A stretch of DNA of 64,000 bases from an uncultured Bacillaceae bacterium (GCA_963787015.1 CAWBBM010000033.1:44338-108337); one strand, 5' to 3'. Shown: positions 1 through 10,913, counted from the first letter of the stretch. Notes: generated by a model not told the origin, from the sequence alone. Made by a program: numbers and translations.

Positions 1-467
1 AACTGACTCTACGCAATCTGAGTGGTATGATCTTGATCGATTTTATCGATATGAAGAATGAAACCCACAAAAAAGAGGTCATGGAAGCACTGTCCGGTGC
101 ATTGGTATCAGATTCCCAGCGCACGACGATAGTCGGTTTCACTCCTCTTGGCATTCTTGAACTAACCCGAAAAAGAACCCGTCAGCCTCTTCCGACGTAT
201 TTGACACGCCCATGCTCAGTATGTCAAGGTACGGGAAGAGAACTGACTCCTGAAACGATGGCATTTAAGCTTGAGAGGGATCTATGGGAAATGGAGGGGA
301 TGGAAGGTACCCGAATTGAAGTAGAGGCAACCAGGGACGTCGTGGATGTGTTTGCAGGGAATCAGTCCATTCATCTAAAGAGACTTGAAAAAGTATTAAA
401 TAAGAAGATCGATATAAGGGAGATCACCCACGATCATCCTTCTTATCATATAGCAAAGATCATATGA
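1..467 (+). CDS. rng: RNase E/G-family ribonuclease (RNase G-like), C-terminal fragment; 5' end lies outside the window
   Basis: The reading frame of ORF 27..467 stays open to the window edge. The sequence (..GFTPLGILELTRKRTRQPL.., CSVCQGTG) resembles the C-terminal part of Bacillus RNase G/CafA. The gene sits directly upstream of rplU, as in many Bacillaceae. Confidence 0.6.
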   Translation, partial: LTLRNLSGMILIDFIDMKNETHKKEVMEALSGALVSDSQRTTIVGFTPLGILELTRKRTRQPLPTYLTRPCSVCQGTGRELTPETMAFKLERDLWEMEGMEGTRIEVEATRDVVDVFAGNQSIHLKRLEKVLNKKIDIREITHDHPSYHIAKII

Positions 468-525
468 ATTTCTTGAATGTTATTGACAGTACATCAATTT
501 ATATGATAGGATTCTAATGTTATTG

Positions 526-620
526 ATTGTAGCACCCGTGCTACAACCGCTCATTACAGGTAGAAAAGCTTGGAGTATTCCAACACCTGTCATTGGCGAG
601 TCTGAGTTTATAAGGAGGTG
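526..620 (+). promoter_or_regulatory. Structured 5' leader of the rplU-prp-rpmA operon (L21-leader type)
   Basis: There is a perfect hairpin GTAGCAC-CC-GTGCTAC at 529..544. A second stem pairs ACAGGT (556..561) with ACCTGT (585..590), just upstream of the rplU SD AAGGAGGTG. The position matches the known L21 leader of Firmicutes. No covariance model was run. Confidence 0.5.
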
Positions 621-625
621 CGATT

Positions 626-934
626 ATGTACGCAATTATTGAAACAGGTGGTAAGCAAATCCGTGTAGAAGCTGGTCAAGCTATCTACATCGAAAAGCTA
701 AACGCAGAGCAAGACGAAACGGTAACATTTGACAAAGTTCTATTCGTTGGTGGCGACGATGTGAAAGTAGGAAGTCCATTAGTGGATGGGGCTACTGTAA
801 CAGCGAAAGTTGAAAAACAAGGCCGCGCGAAAAAGCTTGTAGTATTCAAATACAAAGCGAAAAAGAACTACCGTCGTAAGCAAGGTCACCGTCAACCTTA
901 CACTAAAGTTGTCATTGACAAAATCAACGCGTAA
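626..934 (+). CDS. rplU: 50S ribosomal protein L21
   Basis: [18 protein letters not shown].. is the canonical L21 N-terminus. A strong SD lies upstream. Confidence 0.97.
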   Translation: MYAIIETGGKQIRVEAGQAIYIEKLNAEQDETVTFDKVLFVGGDDVKVGSPLVDGATVTAKVEKQGRAKKLVVFKYKAKKNYRRKQGHRQPYTKVVIDKINA

Positions 935-945
935 GGCGTGATGAC

Positions 946-1281
946 ATGATTAACGTTTACGTAGAGCGTTCACCGGGGAAAAGAATTCGTTCTTTCTCTA
1001 TGGATGGACATGCTGATTTTGCCGAAAATGGGCAAGACATTGTTTGTGCAGGTGCTTCTGCTGTTTCATTTGGCAGTATTAATGCCATTATGGCGTTAAC
1101 CGGTGTAGAGCCTTCCATCGAGCAATCCTCTGATGGTGGATATCTTCGCTGCGTCATCCCTGATGATCTACCGGAAGAAACAGAGGGCAAGATTCAGCTG
1201 CTACTTAATAGCATGCTTATCAGCCTCCAAACGATTGAAAAAGACTATAGTGATTTTATTAAAATAACCTTCAAAAAGTAG
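946..1281 (+). CDS. prp: Ribosomal-processing cysteine protease Prp (YsxB family)
   Basis: The gene lies between rplU and rpmA. It has the conserved GHA..DIVCAGASA His/Cys motif of Prp. Confidence 0.9.
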   Translation: MINVYVERSPGKRIRSFSMDGHADFAENGQDIVCAGASAVSFGSINAIMALTGVEPSIEQSSDGGYLRCVIPDDLPEETEGKIQLLLNSMLISLQTIEKDYSDFIKITFKK

Positions 1282-1584
<303 letters not shown>

Positions 1585-1600
1585 TCGCATATCTTTAACG

Positions 1601-1640
1601 AAAACTCTAACCGACTTTCGGTTAGAGTTTTATTTTTATT
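1601..1640 (+). terminator. Rho-independent terminator of the rplU operon
   Basis: Stem AAAACTCTAACCG / CGGTTAGAGTTTT followed by a T-run. Confidence 0.85.
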
Positions 1641-1769
1641 AGAGATATTGGGTTTTTATGAACTTGGTACGTGTTTTTGGGCTATGTTTATGAATGTAGA
1701 GCAGAGTAAGGGTGAATTTTAGGAGTTTAGGGCAGGGTTTGAACAAGTACGAACGGGTTTGATGTGGAT

Positions 1770-1881
1770 ATTATCGACAATGCCTGATTTATTATCGACC
1801 CTAGGGCATATATTATCGAGTTTTCCGGTTTATTATCGACTTTTCAATTATATTATCGACTTCGCCCATTATATTATCGAC
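1770..1881. repeat. Phased array A: six copies of ATTATCGA(C/G) at a 20-21 bp period
   Basis: Core starts are at 1770, 1791, 1812, 1832, 1852 and 1873. The spacers differ from one another. The region is non-coding. Confidence 0.9.
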
Positions 1882-2027
1882 CCTTAACTTTCAGGTGGAT
1901 CCACTCCCCAACATCCATCATCTCGTCCCTTATTCATTCACACCGACCAATTTTACAGAAACAATATACGGACCAGTCCCATCTTTGATATACTTACAGG
2001 TAAGCACTTAAGTATAGGAGTTAGATT

Positions 2028-2561
2028 ATGAGCGAAAATTGGGGTGTAGTCGAGGCGTTAAGGCATGCTCGTCACGACTGGATGAATGATTTGCAATTAA
2101 TTAAAGGCAACTTGGATCTTGATCGTGTGGATCGTGCGAAGCAAGTGATTGAGGAAATGGTACTCGTTGCACAAAATGAATCAAAGCTATCGAATTTAAA
2201 GCTTCCATTATTGGCAGAATGGATATTAACATATAATTGGTCAAGACATTTGATTAAGCTTGATTTTGAAGTTCTTCAATCAGAGTCATCACACGGACTT
2301 GAGGATCGAAGACTTTATAACTGGTGCAAGGAGTTTCTGGAATTCCTTGAATCAAATGTAATGAACAATGCAGAAAATCAATTATCCATCTTACTGAACA
2401 TTACAAAAGAACATTCCCGTTTTATATTTGATTTCACAGGTATACTAAAGAGTACAAGCAAGGTAGAAGGCTGGATAAAGAATCAACAATCAAACGGAGA
2501 AAATATAGAAATAGAACAGCTTCAAGAAGAGGTTCTTGTCATCCAAGTGGTCGTTGAATGA
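2028..2561 (+). CDS. spo0B: Sporulation initiation phosphotransferase Spo0B
   Basis: HARHDWMNDLQLIKGNL matches the B. subtilis Spo0B phospho-His region (HSRHDWMNKLQLIKGNL). The gene is located between rpmA and obg. Confidence 0.9.
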   Translation: MSENWGVVEALRHARHDWMNDLQLIKGNLDLDRVDRAKQVIEEMVLVAQNESKLSNLKLPLLAEWILTYNWSRHLIKLDFEVLQSESSHGLEDRRLYNWCKEFLEFLESNVMNNAENQLSILLNITKEHSRFIFDFTGILKSTSKVEGWIKNQQSNGENIEIEQLQEEVLVIQVVVE

Positions 2562-2612
2562 TTGCGTTATGCGGACATTCAAGGAGTGCACGGATAAGTT
2601 AGGAGTGAAAGT

Positions 2613-3899
2613 ATGTTTATAGATCAGGTCAAGGTTTATACAAAAGGCGGAGACGGCGGTAACGGTATGGTTGCCTTCCGTCGTGAGAAATATGTACCTA
2701 AAGGTGGTCCTGCCGGAGGAGATGGCGGACACGGAGCAGACGTGATTTTCGAAGTGGAAGAAGGGCTAAGAACCTTAATGGATTTCCGCTATCAACGTCA
2801 TTTTAAAGCAACTCGTGGAGAGCACGGGATGAGTAAGAATCAGCACGGACGTAATGCGGAGGATATGGTAGTGAAAGTTCCACCTGGAACCGTCGTGAAG
2901 GATGATGATACGGGTGAAACGATTGCAGACTTGACTCAGCACGGTCAGCGTGCCGTCATTACGAAAGGTGGACGTGGTGGTAGAGGGAACTCCCGTTTCG
3001 CTACGCCTGCTAATCCTGCACCTGAGCTTTCTGAAAAAGGGGAGCCGGGACAAGAACGCTATATCGTGATGGAATTAAAGCTTCTGGCTGATGTTGGCCT
3101 GGTAGGATTCCCGAGCGTTGGGAAATCCACATTGCTTTCAGTTGTTTCAGCAGCGAAGCCAAAGATTGCTGCATACCATTTCACCACGATCGTTCCTAAT
3201 TTAGGAATGGTGGAAACGGGAGATGGTAGAAGTTTTGTTATGGCTGACTTACCTGGATTAATCCAGGGAGCACATGAAGGCGTTGGACTCGGTCATCAAT
3301 TCCTTCGTCACATTGAACGTACACGCGTCATTGTTCATGTGATCGATATGAGTGGAATTGAAGGCAGAGACCCGTACGAGGACTATCTGACAATTAATGA
3401 AGAGCTTAAGCAATACAATCTTCGTTTAACAGAAAGACCTCAAATCATCGTTGCCAATAAAATGGACATGCCTGATGCAGAAGAGAACCTGAAGATCTTC
3501 AAGGAAAAAATTCAGGAAGATTATCCTATCTTCCCGATCTCAGCGGTCACTCAGCAGGGGTTAAGTGAACTTCTATATGCTGTTGCAGATAAAGTGGAAA
3601 CAACGTCTGAGTTCCCTATTCATGAAGAAGAAGAAACCGGCATTCACCGTGTGCTTTATAAGCATGAAGAAGAGGAAAAAGAATTCGAAATCACACGTGA
3701 TCCAGATGGAACATTCGTCGTGGGCGGTGCGAAAATCGAGAGACTATTCAAGATGACGGACTTCTCACGTGAAGATTCGGCAAGACGTTTCGCCAGACAG
3801 CTTCGTTCGTATGGTGTAGATGATGCGCTTCGTGAACGTGGTGCCAAAAATGGTGATACGATCCGCTTAATAAAATATGAATTCGAATTTGTAGATTAA
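2613..3899 (+). CDS. obg: GTPase Obg/CgtA
   Basis: [27 protein letters not shown].. is the Obg fold. The G1 motif is GFPSVGKST, and a C-terminal TGS-like domain is present. Confidence 0.97.
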   Translation: MFIDQVKVYTKGGDGGNGMVAFRREKYVPKGGPAGGDGGHGADVIFEVEEGLRTLMDFRYQRHFKATRGEHGMSKNQHGRNAEDMVVKVPPGTVVKDDDTGETIADLTQHGQRAVITKGGRGGRGNSRFATPANPAPELSEKGEPGQERYIVMELKLLADVGLVGFPSVGKSTLLSVVSAAKPKIAAYHFTTIVPNLGMVETGDGRSFVMADLPGLIQGAHEGVGLGHQFLRHIERTRVIVHVIDMSGIEGRDPYEDYLTINEELKQYNLRLTERPQIIVANKMDMPDAEENLKIFKEKIQEDYPIFPISAVTQQGLSELLYAVADKVETTSEFPIHEEEETGIHRVLYKHEEEEKEFEITRDPDGTFVVGGAKIERLFKMTDFSREDSARRFARQLRSYGVDDALRERGAKNGDTIRLIKYEFEFVD

Positions 3900-4045
3900 G
3901 TTTCATTCTTCATCTATTTCAGAGAGAAAAGCTGAGTCGTTCTTTGATTGGGCGGCTCTGCTTTACAATAAGAAAGCAAAAGCGGTTTTCATTGGGGCGC
4001 AGACTGCCTCAAACCTCTGTAGCTAGACAATTGGAGGAATAGTCA

Positions 4046-4501
4046 TTGGGGAAAAAATTTCAAGAAGGCAAGTTTTTTTTAGTACGTGAAGATGTGCTGC
4101 CAGAAGCGATGAAAAAAACCTTGGATGCAAAAGAATTGATTGAAAGAGGCAAGGCGGACTCGGTATGGGAAGCGGTGCATCGGGTCGATTTAAGCCGAAG
4201 CGCCTTTTACAAATACCGGGATACTGTTTTTCCTTTTCATACCGTGGTGAAAGAACGGATCATCACGCTTTTCTTTCATTTAGAAGACAGGTCTGGTACG
4301 TTATCTCATTTACTAGCTGAAACCGCCAAGCATGGCTGTAATATATTAACGATCCATCAAACGATTCCATTACAGGGAAGGGCAAATGTCACACTATCAT
4401 TGAATGTGACCGACCTTACAATCGGATTGGAAGATCTACTCTCAAAGCTAAGACGTTTTGAATTTGTAGAAAAAGTAGAAGTGTTAGGCTCTGGAGCCTG
4501 A
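4046..4501 (+). CDS. pheB: ACT-domain protein PheB
   Basis: TTG start lies 8 nt after GGAGG. The C-terminal half is ACT-like. The gene sits between obg and pheA, as in B. subtilis. Confidence 0.8.
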   Translation: MGKKFQEGKFFLVREDVLPEAMKKTLDAKELIERGKADSVWEAVHRVDLSRSAFYKYRDTVFPFHTVVKERIITLFFHLEDRSGTLSHLLAETAKHGCNILTIHQTIPLQGRANVTLSLNVTDLTIGLEDLLSKLRRFEFVEKVEVLGSGA

Positions 4502-4591
4502 CGCTTTTTTTTTATCGTAAAACTCTTCCGCTTTAACCCCATACATGTTAGAATGTTCAATAAATTTGGTGAGAGTGAAAGGAAGAGTAGA

Positions 4592-5443
4592 GTGAAAATA
4601 GCATATTTAGGACCCCAGGCTTCCTTTACAGATTTAGCTGTCAAGAAGGTATTCCCTGAAGAAGAAACCGTATCATATGTCACGATTCCTGATTGCATCG
4701 AAGCGGTGATTGAGAATGAAGTGGATTATGCCGTTGTGCCTTTAGAAAATGCCTTGGAAGGTTCCGTACACATCACGGTCGACTATTTGTTCCATGAAGC
4801 GGACCTGGCCATCGTGGCGGAATTAACGTCTGCCATTCAGCAGCATCTCATGGTCCATCCTGAAGCGAGCAAAGGTGTGGATCAGGTCCAGAAGATTCTT
4901 TCCCATTCCCATGCACTCGCACAGTGTCATAAGTTTTTACATAAGAAATTTAAAGGCATACCTTTGGAACAAACGACGAGCACGGCAGCTGCCGCTAAAT
5001 TCGTGAGTGAGAATCCTGATACGTTTCTAGGCGCGATTGGGAACGAGCTGGCAGCAGAAAAATACGGGTTGAAGATTCTTCATGAAAACATCCATGACTT
5101 TGCCTATAATCATACAAAGTTCATCGTGCTACATAAGAAGGCAGAATCCCTGTCCCTTTCAAGTGAGAAAAGTATGGAGAAGACGACTTTGATGGTTACT
5201 CTTCCGAAAGATCGTTCGGGAGCGCTCCATCAGGTATTATCCACCTTTGCCTGGAGACAATTGAACTTGAGTAAAATTGAATCGAGACCGTTAAAAACAG
5301 GGCTGGGGGACTATTTCTTTCTAATTGATGTGGCTCATGGAATGGATGATGTTCTTCTGCCGGGAGCAATCAGTGAAATGGAAGCTCTAGGGTGTAAGGT
5401 GAAAATGATAGGTACGTATTGTTCTTACTTATTGGACAAGTGA
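4592..5443 (+). CDS. pheA: Prephenate dehydratase
   Basis: VKIAYLGPQASFTDLA.. aligns with the PheA N-terminus. GTG 4592 follows AAGGAAG. The track start 4553 has no SD. A C-terminal ACT domain (ESRPLK) is present. Confidence 0.9.
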   Translation: MKIAYLGPQASFTDLAVKKVFPEEETVSYVTIPDCIEAVIENEVDYAVVPLENALEGSVHITVDYLFHEADLAIVAELTSAIQQHLMVHPEASKGVDQVQKILSHSHALAQCHKFLHKKFKGIPLEQTTSTAAAAKFVSENPDTFLGAIGNELAAEKYGLKILHENIHDFAYNHTKFIVLHKKAESLSLSSEKSMEKTTLMVTLPKDRSGALHQVLSTFAWRQLNLSKIESRPLKTGLGDYFFLIDVAHGMDDVLLPGAISEMEALGCKVKMIGTYCSYLLDK

Positions 5444-5449
5444 ACAGGA

Positions 5450-5484
5450 AAAAGTCAGATTCCAACGTGGAATCTGACTTTTTC
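5450..5484. terminator. Bidirectional terminator between the convergent genes pheA and niaR
   Basis: AAAAGTCAGATTCC-AACG-TGGAATCTGACTTTT, with A/T runs on both sides. Confidence 0.85.
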
Positions 5485-5512
5485 GTCTTAGGAATGCTCG
5501 GGTCTCAATGGA

Positions 5513-6055
5513 TTAATTATTCGTTTGGATTAGAAATCCTGCATCTTGAAGGGCTTTTTCGGCTGTTTCCAGAGCTTGTTCCGTATGGGCCATTAAGGTA
5601 TGCAAATGAACGCCATCAGTTAACTCTGATAGGAAGGAAGCTCCTGTTTCTTCAATCTTCTTCATGAATTGTTCTACTTCTTTGCGGTTTGAGACCATAA
5701 TCGAAGCGGTCAGATCACCATAAACACCGTGCTCGATCTTTACATCCCTGACAGTGACACCGTGATCGACCAGTAAGAAGAGCTCTTCTTCTGAACGTTC
5801 AGGTTGATGTTGGCATGCAACCGTCCGTTCGACCATGGTTTCCTGATTAGAAGCAGGCATGTACAAATAGCCTTGACTCGTTGCAATAATCGGTTCTCCT
5901 TTTGCTTTTAGCAGTGTAATGTCACTAACAATCACTTGTCGACTGACATTGGTCTGCTTAGCGAGTTCGCCACCAGTAATAGGGGCAAGTTTTGTCATTA
6001 GTTTATCGAGGATCCATTGTCTTCTTTCATCCCCAAGAATTTTCTTCCCTGCCAA
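5513..6055 (-). CDS. niaR: NAD-biosynthesis repressor NiaR (YrxA; HTH plus 3H domain)
   Basis: ..TGGELAKQTNVSRQVIVSDITLLKAKGEPIIATSQGY.. is very close to B. subtilis YrxA. The likely start is TTG 6055, 6 nt after GGAGGAG. The longer track ORF overlaps nifS. Confidence 0.88.
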   Translation of the reverse strand: MAGKKILGDERRQWILDKLMTKLAPITGGELAKQTNVSRQVIVSDITLLKAKGEPIIATSQGYLYMPASNQETMVERTVACQHQPERSEEELFLLVDHGVTVRDVKIEHGVYGDLTASIMVSNRKEVEQFMKKIEETGASFLSELTDGVHLHTLMAHTEQALETAEKALQDAGFLIQTNN

Positions 6056-6108
6056 AGGTATCTCCTCCGTCCCCAATTGATATAGGAAATCATACCACAA
6101 CTCGATCT

Positions 6109-7245
6109 TCAAGTTAAGGAAGTTACATGATCGGCATGTATGGCGGATAATGCGTGCACCAATGAGTCTATATGTTCAACTTTTGTATCCCTGCCAAACG
6201 AAATCCGGATGAATTCTTTCCCTCCCCTTTGACTGACCCCCATACTGTTCATCGTTTTAGGCATACTTCCTGCCCCACAAGCACTGCCTGTGGATATGCC
6301 GATTCCCCGCCGGTTGCATTCGAGCATGAGCCATTGACCCTCAAGGCCGTGAATTCCAAGTCCTACTACGTGTGGAAGCTGTGCATGTTCCGGCCCTTCA
6401 TAGACTGTGAAGGAGTCGGGGATTCGCTCTTCCAATTGAGATAAGAAATGGGTTCTTAATCTTTTATAATGTGATGGTTCAATGGTGTCATGACAAATGC
6501 TTGCAGCTGACACAAAACCTGCTATTCCTGGCAGATTCACCGTTCCCCCCCTAAATCCGTCCTCGTGGGTCTGTCCGGGGATCATAGGGGAAACATCAAG
6601 GGCCGGATTGATGTACAGTGCGCCGACTCCCTTGGGACCATAGATTTTGTGAGATGAAAGGGTGAAGCAGTCTACGATTGATGTGAATTCCCTTATGTCT
6701 ATCTTTCCGAATGCTTGAATCATGTCACTGTGAAGCAAAATATTATGACTTACCAATAGATTCTTAATGGTGTGCAAAGGCTGGATTGTCCCGATTTCTC
6801 CATTAACGTGTCCGATGCTGACGACGGTCGTTTCTTCTGAAATCGATTGTTCTAATATGTGGATGTCAATCATTCCTTGAGACGTGAGAGGGATCTTTGT
6901 CACGGTAAAGCCCCATTGTTTAAGAAAGTCGGCAGATGAATGGAGGGATGAATGTTCCGCACCACCAATGATGATGTGTTTCCCTTTTCCCTGTCTACTA
7001 AGTGCCAATGTGACGAGTGCTAAATGGTTTCCTTCCGTTCCTCCAGAAGTAAAGTAAAGTCCTTTAGCGGGTACTTCAAGCATTTCTGCTAATCTTACCC
7101 TGCATTTAGTTAGGAGCTGCTTAGCTTTTCCTCCAATATCGTGAAGACTGCTTGGATTTCCCCAGAACTCCTCGCTTACTGTTTGATAAACATGTAAACT
7201 TTCACGGTCAATAGGGGTCGTAGCGGCGTAATCAAAATAGTTCAT
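6109..7245 (-). CDS. nifS: Cysteine desulfurase NifS (NAD-pathway associated)
   Basis: Class V aminotransferase with the PLP-lysine motif SSHKIYGPKG and active-site GSACG. It is divergent from nadBCA, as in B. subtilis. Confidence 0.9.
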   Translation of the reverse strand: MNYFDYAATTPIDRESLHVYQTVSEEFWGNPSSLHDIGGKAKQLLTKCRVRLAEMLEVPAKGLYFTSGGTEGNHLALVTLALSRQGKGKHIIIGGAEHSSLHSSADFLKQWGFTVTKIPLTSQGMIDIHILEQSISEETTVVSIGHVNGEIGTIQPLHTIKNLLVSHNILLHSDMIQAFGKIDIREFTSIVDCFTLSSHKIYGPKGVGALYINPALDVSPMIPGQTHEDGFRGGTVNLPGIAGFVSAASICHDTIEPSHYKRLRTHFLSQLEERIPDSFTVYEGPEHAQLPHVVGLGIHGLEGQWLMLECNRRGIGISTGSACGAGSMPKTMNSMGVSQRGGKEFIRISFGRDTKVEHIDSLVHALSAIHADHVTSLT

Positions 7246-7329
7246 CGTGTAACCTGCCTTTTTGAATTAATAGTCTGAATATATGAGTCCAGTAAAAAAC
7301 TCTTGTCATTAGTTTAAAGATGTGTAAAT

Positions 7330-7352
7330 ATATGTGTCAAGACACCTGTAAA
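7330..7352. promoter_or_regulatory. Putative NiaR operator in the nifS/nadB divergent promoter region
   Basis: Palindrome GTGTC-AA-GACAC (7334..7345) lies within TGTGTCAAGACACCTGTAAA. Its reverse complement, TTTACAGGTGTCTTGACACA, matches my recollection of the Bacillales NiaR motif. Confidence 0.55.
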
Positions 7353-7370
7353 TAATCAGGAGGATTTTTG

Positions 7371-8960
7371 ATGAAAAAAACCGATATTATCATCATTGGA
7401 AGTGGCATTGCCGCTTTACAATTGGCGCGACAACTTCAAGATCAATTTCATGTGATGATTATCACAAAGGAAGAAATCGAAAGCGGTAACTCTTACCTTG
7501 CCCAAGGAGGGATTGCCGCTCCGTTGGGATTTAAGGATACGGTTCATGCTCATTCTGAAGATACATTGGAAGCAGGACGCTACCACGGGGATGCAAATCG
7601 TGTGACCGAGCTCATATTGGATGGAAAAAGAATCGTAGAATCCCTGGTGAATGAAGGAGCACCCTTTGACCGTGAAAGAGATGGAAGTCTTTCACTTGGT
7701 ATGGAAGGTGCCCACAGTGCACATCGGATCGTGCATTGCGGTGGGGATCAGACCGGAAAGTATGTCATAAAACATTTACTCGAAACGCTTTCGGAAAAAA
7801 ATGTCGAATTCATTACAGGCGAGATGGTCTACGAGCTTGTAAAAGACGATTCGGGCTGTTGCTGTGGAGTAAAAACAAAGGATAAGAGCGATGCTATCCG
7901 CTACTATTATGCTCCCCATGTTGTTTTGGCGACAGGAGGAATCGGCGGTTTGTACCCGGCTACATCGAATCATCCAGCGGTTACGGGAGATGGGATGGCC
8001 CTTGCCTTTCTTGCCGGGGCAAAGCTGTCAGATATGGAATTTATTCAGTTTCATCCAACATTGCTCTGGATGAACGGGAAAACATGCGGTCTTATTTCGG
8101 AAGCGGTAAGAGGGCAAGGGGCCTATCTCTTGAACGATAAGGGAGAAAGGATTATGGACGGAGTCGATCCTCTCTTGGAACTCGCCCCCCGGCATATTGT
8201 GGCTGAATGCATTTTTAAAGAGAGGCAGAATGGAAGGAACGTGTACTTGGATATTAGCAGAATTGAAGATTTTCAGACAAAGTTCCCTTCGATAACTAGT
8301 CTATGCATAAAGCATGGTGTGCAAATGGAAGACGGGATGATCCCTGTTTCCCCGGGATGTCACTTTATCATGGGAGGAGTCTTGACCGATTCTGTCGGGA
8401 GAACCAATATTCCCGGCCTATATGCAATTGGAGAGGTTGCGTGCAGTGGCATTCACGGAGCAAACCGGCTGGCAAGTAACTCATTATTAGAAGGGTTAGT
8501 ATATGGGGACCGGCTTGGGGCATTTCTTAATCAAAAAGGGGATAACCAGGCCTGCCATTTTTCACCTGCGTGCGGTCAGATTAAATATGGAGAACCTCTG
8601 CACGTTCCATTTCAGTCTGAAGACCTTAAGGAAAGAATGATTCATCATGTAGGGATTATCCGTGAGGAAGAAGGCATGAGCACACATTTGAAATGGTTAA
8701 GACAACAGCCACTAACATTTCAGGAGCATATCGATTTTAACTCTCGTGAAGAGATTCATATCTATTTCTTGTGGATTGTCAGTCTGCTTGTCACAGAGTC
8801 CGCTATCGTAAGGACAGAAAGCAGAGGAGGGCATATCCGTGCTGATTTCCCACGGGAAGATAATGATAAATGGCTCAAGCGAAAACTGGTTTTACAAAAC
8901 AATGAAGGGCGATTGAAGGTGGAATATCATGAACAAAATGAAACTAAAATCTATGCTTGA
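7371..8960 (+). CDS. nadB: L-aspartate oxidase
   Basis: FAD motif IIIGSGIAAL and the succinate DH/fumarate reductase flavoprotein fold. ATG 7371 lies 6 nt after AGGAGGA. Confidence 0.95.
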   Translation: MKKTDIIIIGSGIAALQLARQLQDQFHVMIITKEEIESGNSYLAQGGIAAPLGFKDTVHAHSEDTLEAGRYHGDANRVTELILDGKRIVESLVNEGAPFDRERDGSLSLGMEGAHSAHRIVHCGGDQTGKYVIKHLLETLSEKNVEFITGEMVYELVKDDSGCCCGVKTKDKSDAIRYYYAPHVVLATGGIGGLYPATSNHPAVTGDGMALAFLAGAKLSDMEFIQFHPTLLWMNGKTCGLISEAVRGQGAYLLNDKGERIMDGVDPLLELAPRHIVAECIFKERQNGRNVYLDISRIEDFQTKFPSITSLCIKHGVQMEDGMIPVSPGCHFIMGGVLTDSVGRTNIPGLYAIGEVACSGIHGANRLASNSLLEGLVYGDRLGAFLNQKGDNQACHFSPACGQIKYGEPLHVPFQSEDLKERMIHHVGIIREEEGMSTHLKWLRQQPLTFQEHIDFNSREEIHIYFLWIVSLLVTESAIVRTESRGGHIRADFPREDNDKWLKRKLVLQNNEGRLKVEYHEQNETKIYA

Positions 8961-9774
8961 AGAGTATTATCGTGAGGACCTGGGCGATGGGGATCTATCT
9001 TCACAGGTTCTGTTCACGAAAGGTGATGAAGGATCCTTTACATTTCTGATGAAGGAGAGCGGGATTTTTTGTGGGAGAGATGTGATTGAGATCGGCTTTC
9101 TTCTCTTCAATCCTTCGATTATCGTTCAGGTGCTTGCAGAAGATGGTGAAGTGGTGGAGAGCGGACAACGAATTGCTGAAATCAGAGGTCCGATGGGAGA
9201 CCTCCTTCAAGCGGAACGGGTGGTTCTCAATCTGATCCAACGAATGAGCGGTATTGCCACTGAAACGTACCGGGCAGTTGAACAGGTGAAAGGAAGCGGA
9301 GTCCGGATATGTGATACCCGGAAAACAACACCTGGCCTAAGGATGCTTGAGAAATATGCTGTAAGGACTGGAGGAGGATTCAACCATAGAAATGGTCTTT
9401 ATGATGCGGTCATGTTAAAGGACAATCACATTTCATTTACAGGATCGATCACGGAAGCTGTCAAGCAGGTGAAAAGTCAAATCGGTCATATGGTGAAAGT
9501 GGAAGTGGAGATTGAAACGAAGGATCAACTAATCGAAGCGATTGAAAGTGGGGCTGATGTCATTATGTTTGATAATTGCAGCCCGCGGACGATTAAGGAG
9601 TGGGTTCCTCTTGTCCCTCCTCATATCATGACGGAAGCATCAGGAGGGATCACAAGGGAACATCTGGATGAGTATGCAGGAACAGGGGTCCATTATATTT
9701 CCTTAGGATACTTGACACATTCTGTGAAATCACTTGATATTAGCGCGCGGGTAGGAATCGGGAAAGGGGTATGA
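8929..9774 (+). CDS. nadC: Nicotinate-nucleotide pyrophosphorylase (quinolinate PRTase)
   Basis: ..[16 protein letters not shown].. are NadC motifs. The gene overlaps the nadB 3' end by 32 nt. Confidence 0.93.
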   Translation: MNKMKLKSMLEEYYREDLGDGDLSSQVLFTKGDEGSFTFLMKESGIFCGRDVIEIGFLLFNPSIIVQVLAEDGEVVESGQRIAEIRGPMGDLLQAERVVLNLIQRMSGIATETYRAVEQVKGSGVRICDTRKTTPGLRMLEKYAVRTGGGFNHRNGLYDAVMLKDNHISFTGSITEAVKQVKSQIGHMVKVEVEIETKDQLIEAIESGADVIMFDNCSPRTIKEWVPLVPPHIMTEASGGITREHLDEYAGTGVHYISLGYLTHSVKSLDISARVGIGKGV

Positions 9775-10883
9775 ACATGGGATTACTTGAAGAATTAACG
9801 AAAGAAACGGGCATTTTACCATCATCGATCACAAGTCTCTCGACAGAAGAGATGGAAAATAGAGTGAGGGAGATCAAGCTTCAGTTAGGAAAGAAGCTTT
9901 TTATCCCTGGGCATCATTATCAAAAAGACGAAGTGATTCAATTCGCTGATGCGGTCGGTGACTCCCTTCAGCTTGCACAAATTTCCGCAGAGAATAAAGA
10001 AGCAGATTATATTGTGTTTTGTGGTGTTCATTTTATGGCGGAAACAGCTGATATCTTAACGGATGAAAATCAATCCGTGATCCTCCCCGATATGAGGGCA
10101 GGGTGTTCCATGGCCGATATGGCTGATATTTATCAAACAGAAAAGGCATGGACCAAGTTGATGGAAATGTTCGGAGACACGATCATTCCCCTCACCTATG
10201 TCAACTCCACTGCCGCTATCAAAAGCTTTGTCGGAATGAATGGGGGAGCCACAGTGACGTCTTCAAATGCCCATAAGATGGTTGAATGGGCATTGGGAGA
10301 AAAACCACGTATACTTTTCTTGCCCGATCAACATTTAGGCCGCAACACGGCAGCTGACCTCGGTGTCCCCTTAAATGAAATGGCTGTGTGGGATCCGCTC
10401 TTAAATGAGCTGGTCTACGATGGGGATATAGATGAAGTGAAGGTGATTTTGTGGAAAGGGCACTGTTCCGTCCACGAAAATTTCACTGTGAAGAATACAG
10501 AAGATATACGTAAGGATCATCCGGACATGGTGATCATTGTCCATCCCGAATGTCGTCGTGAAGTAGTGGAGAAATCTGATCTGAATGGAAGCACGAAATA
10601 TATTATCGAAACGATCGAACAATCTCCTAAAGGATCGGCTTTTGCAATCGGTACGGAAATGAATCTTGTGAAACGGCTGATCAATCGCCATCCAGATAAA
10701 ACGATTGTTTCACTGAATCCATATATGTGTCCGTGCTTAACGATGAACCGTATTGATTTGCCCCATCTGTTATGGTCATTGGAAAATATTTTGGAAGGAA
10801 CCCCAAAGAATATCATTAAAGTAGAAGAAGAAGTTTCAAAGAATGCGATTTTCGCTTTAGAGCGCATGTTAACCCGTGCATAA
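9771..10883 (+). CDS. nadA: Quinolinate synthase
   Basis: [41 protein letters not shown] is nearly identical to B. subtilis NadA. There is an ATGA overlap with nadC. Confidence 0.97.
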   Translation: MNMGLLEELTKETGILPSSITSLSTEEMENRVREIKLQLGKKLFIPGHHYQKDEVIQFADAVGDSLQLAQISAENKEADYIVFCGVHFMAETADILTDENQSVILPDMRAGCSMADMADIYQTEKAWTKLMEMFGDTIIPLTYVNSTAAIKSFVGMNGGATVTSSNAHKMVEWALGEKPRILFLPDQHLGRNTAADLGVPLNEMAVWDPLLNELVYDGDIDEVKVILWKGHCSVHENFTVKNTEDIRKDHPDMVIIVHPECRREVVEKSDLNGSTKYIIETIEQSPKGSAFAIGTEMNLVKRLINRHPDKTIVSLNPYMCPCLTMNRIDLPHLLWSLENILEGTPKNIIKVEEEVSKNAIFALERMLTRA

Positions 10884-10913
10884 TGCATATAAATAGTAAA
10901 TTAATCAAGCTGA

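Noticed and set aside
1770-1779. Array A as a DnaA-box cluster or a set of Spo0A boxes upstream of spo0B
   Set aside because: Only the first unit (TTATCGACA) is within one mismatch of TTATCCACA. On the other strand, TGTCGAT is one mismatch from the 0A box TGTCGAA, again only in that unit. The other five units deviate further, and the sibling arrays use unrelated words.
1770-1881. The phased arrays (this one plus 46765..46860 and 55326..55451) as CRISPR arrays
   Set aside because: The repeats are only 9-12 nt and the spacers 9-11 nt, giving a 20-21 bp period against at least about 55 bp for CRISPR. The repeats are not palindromic, and there are no cas genes in the window.
3900-4045. A terminator or riboswitch between obg and pheB
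   Set aside because: I could find only weak, imperfect pairings and no T-run. obg-pheB-pheA are probably co-transcribed or separated by an unrecognised weak signal.
5419-5667. 82-aa plus-strand ORF after pheA
   Set aside because: It starts inside pheA, crosses the bidirectional terminator and is antisense to niaR.
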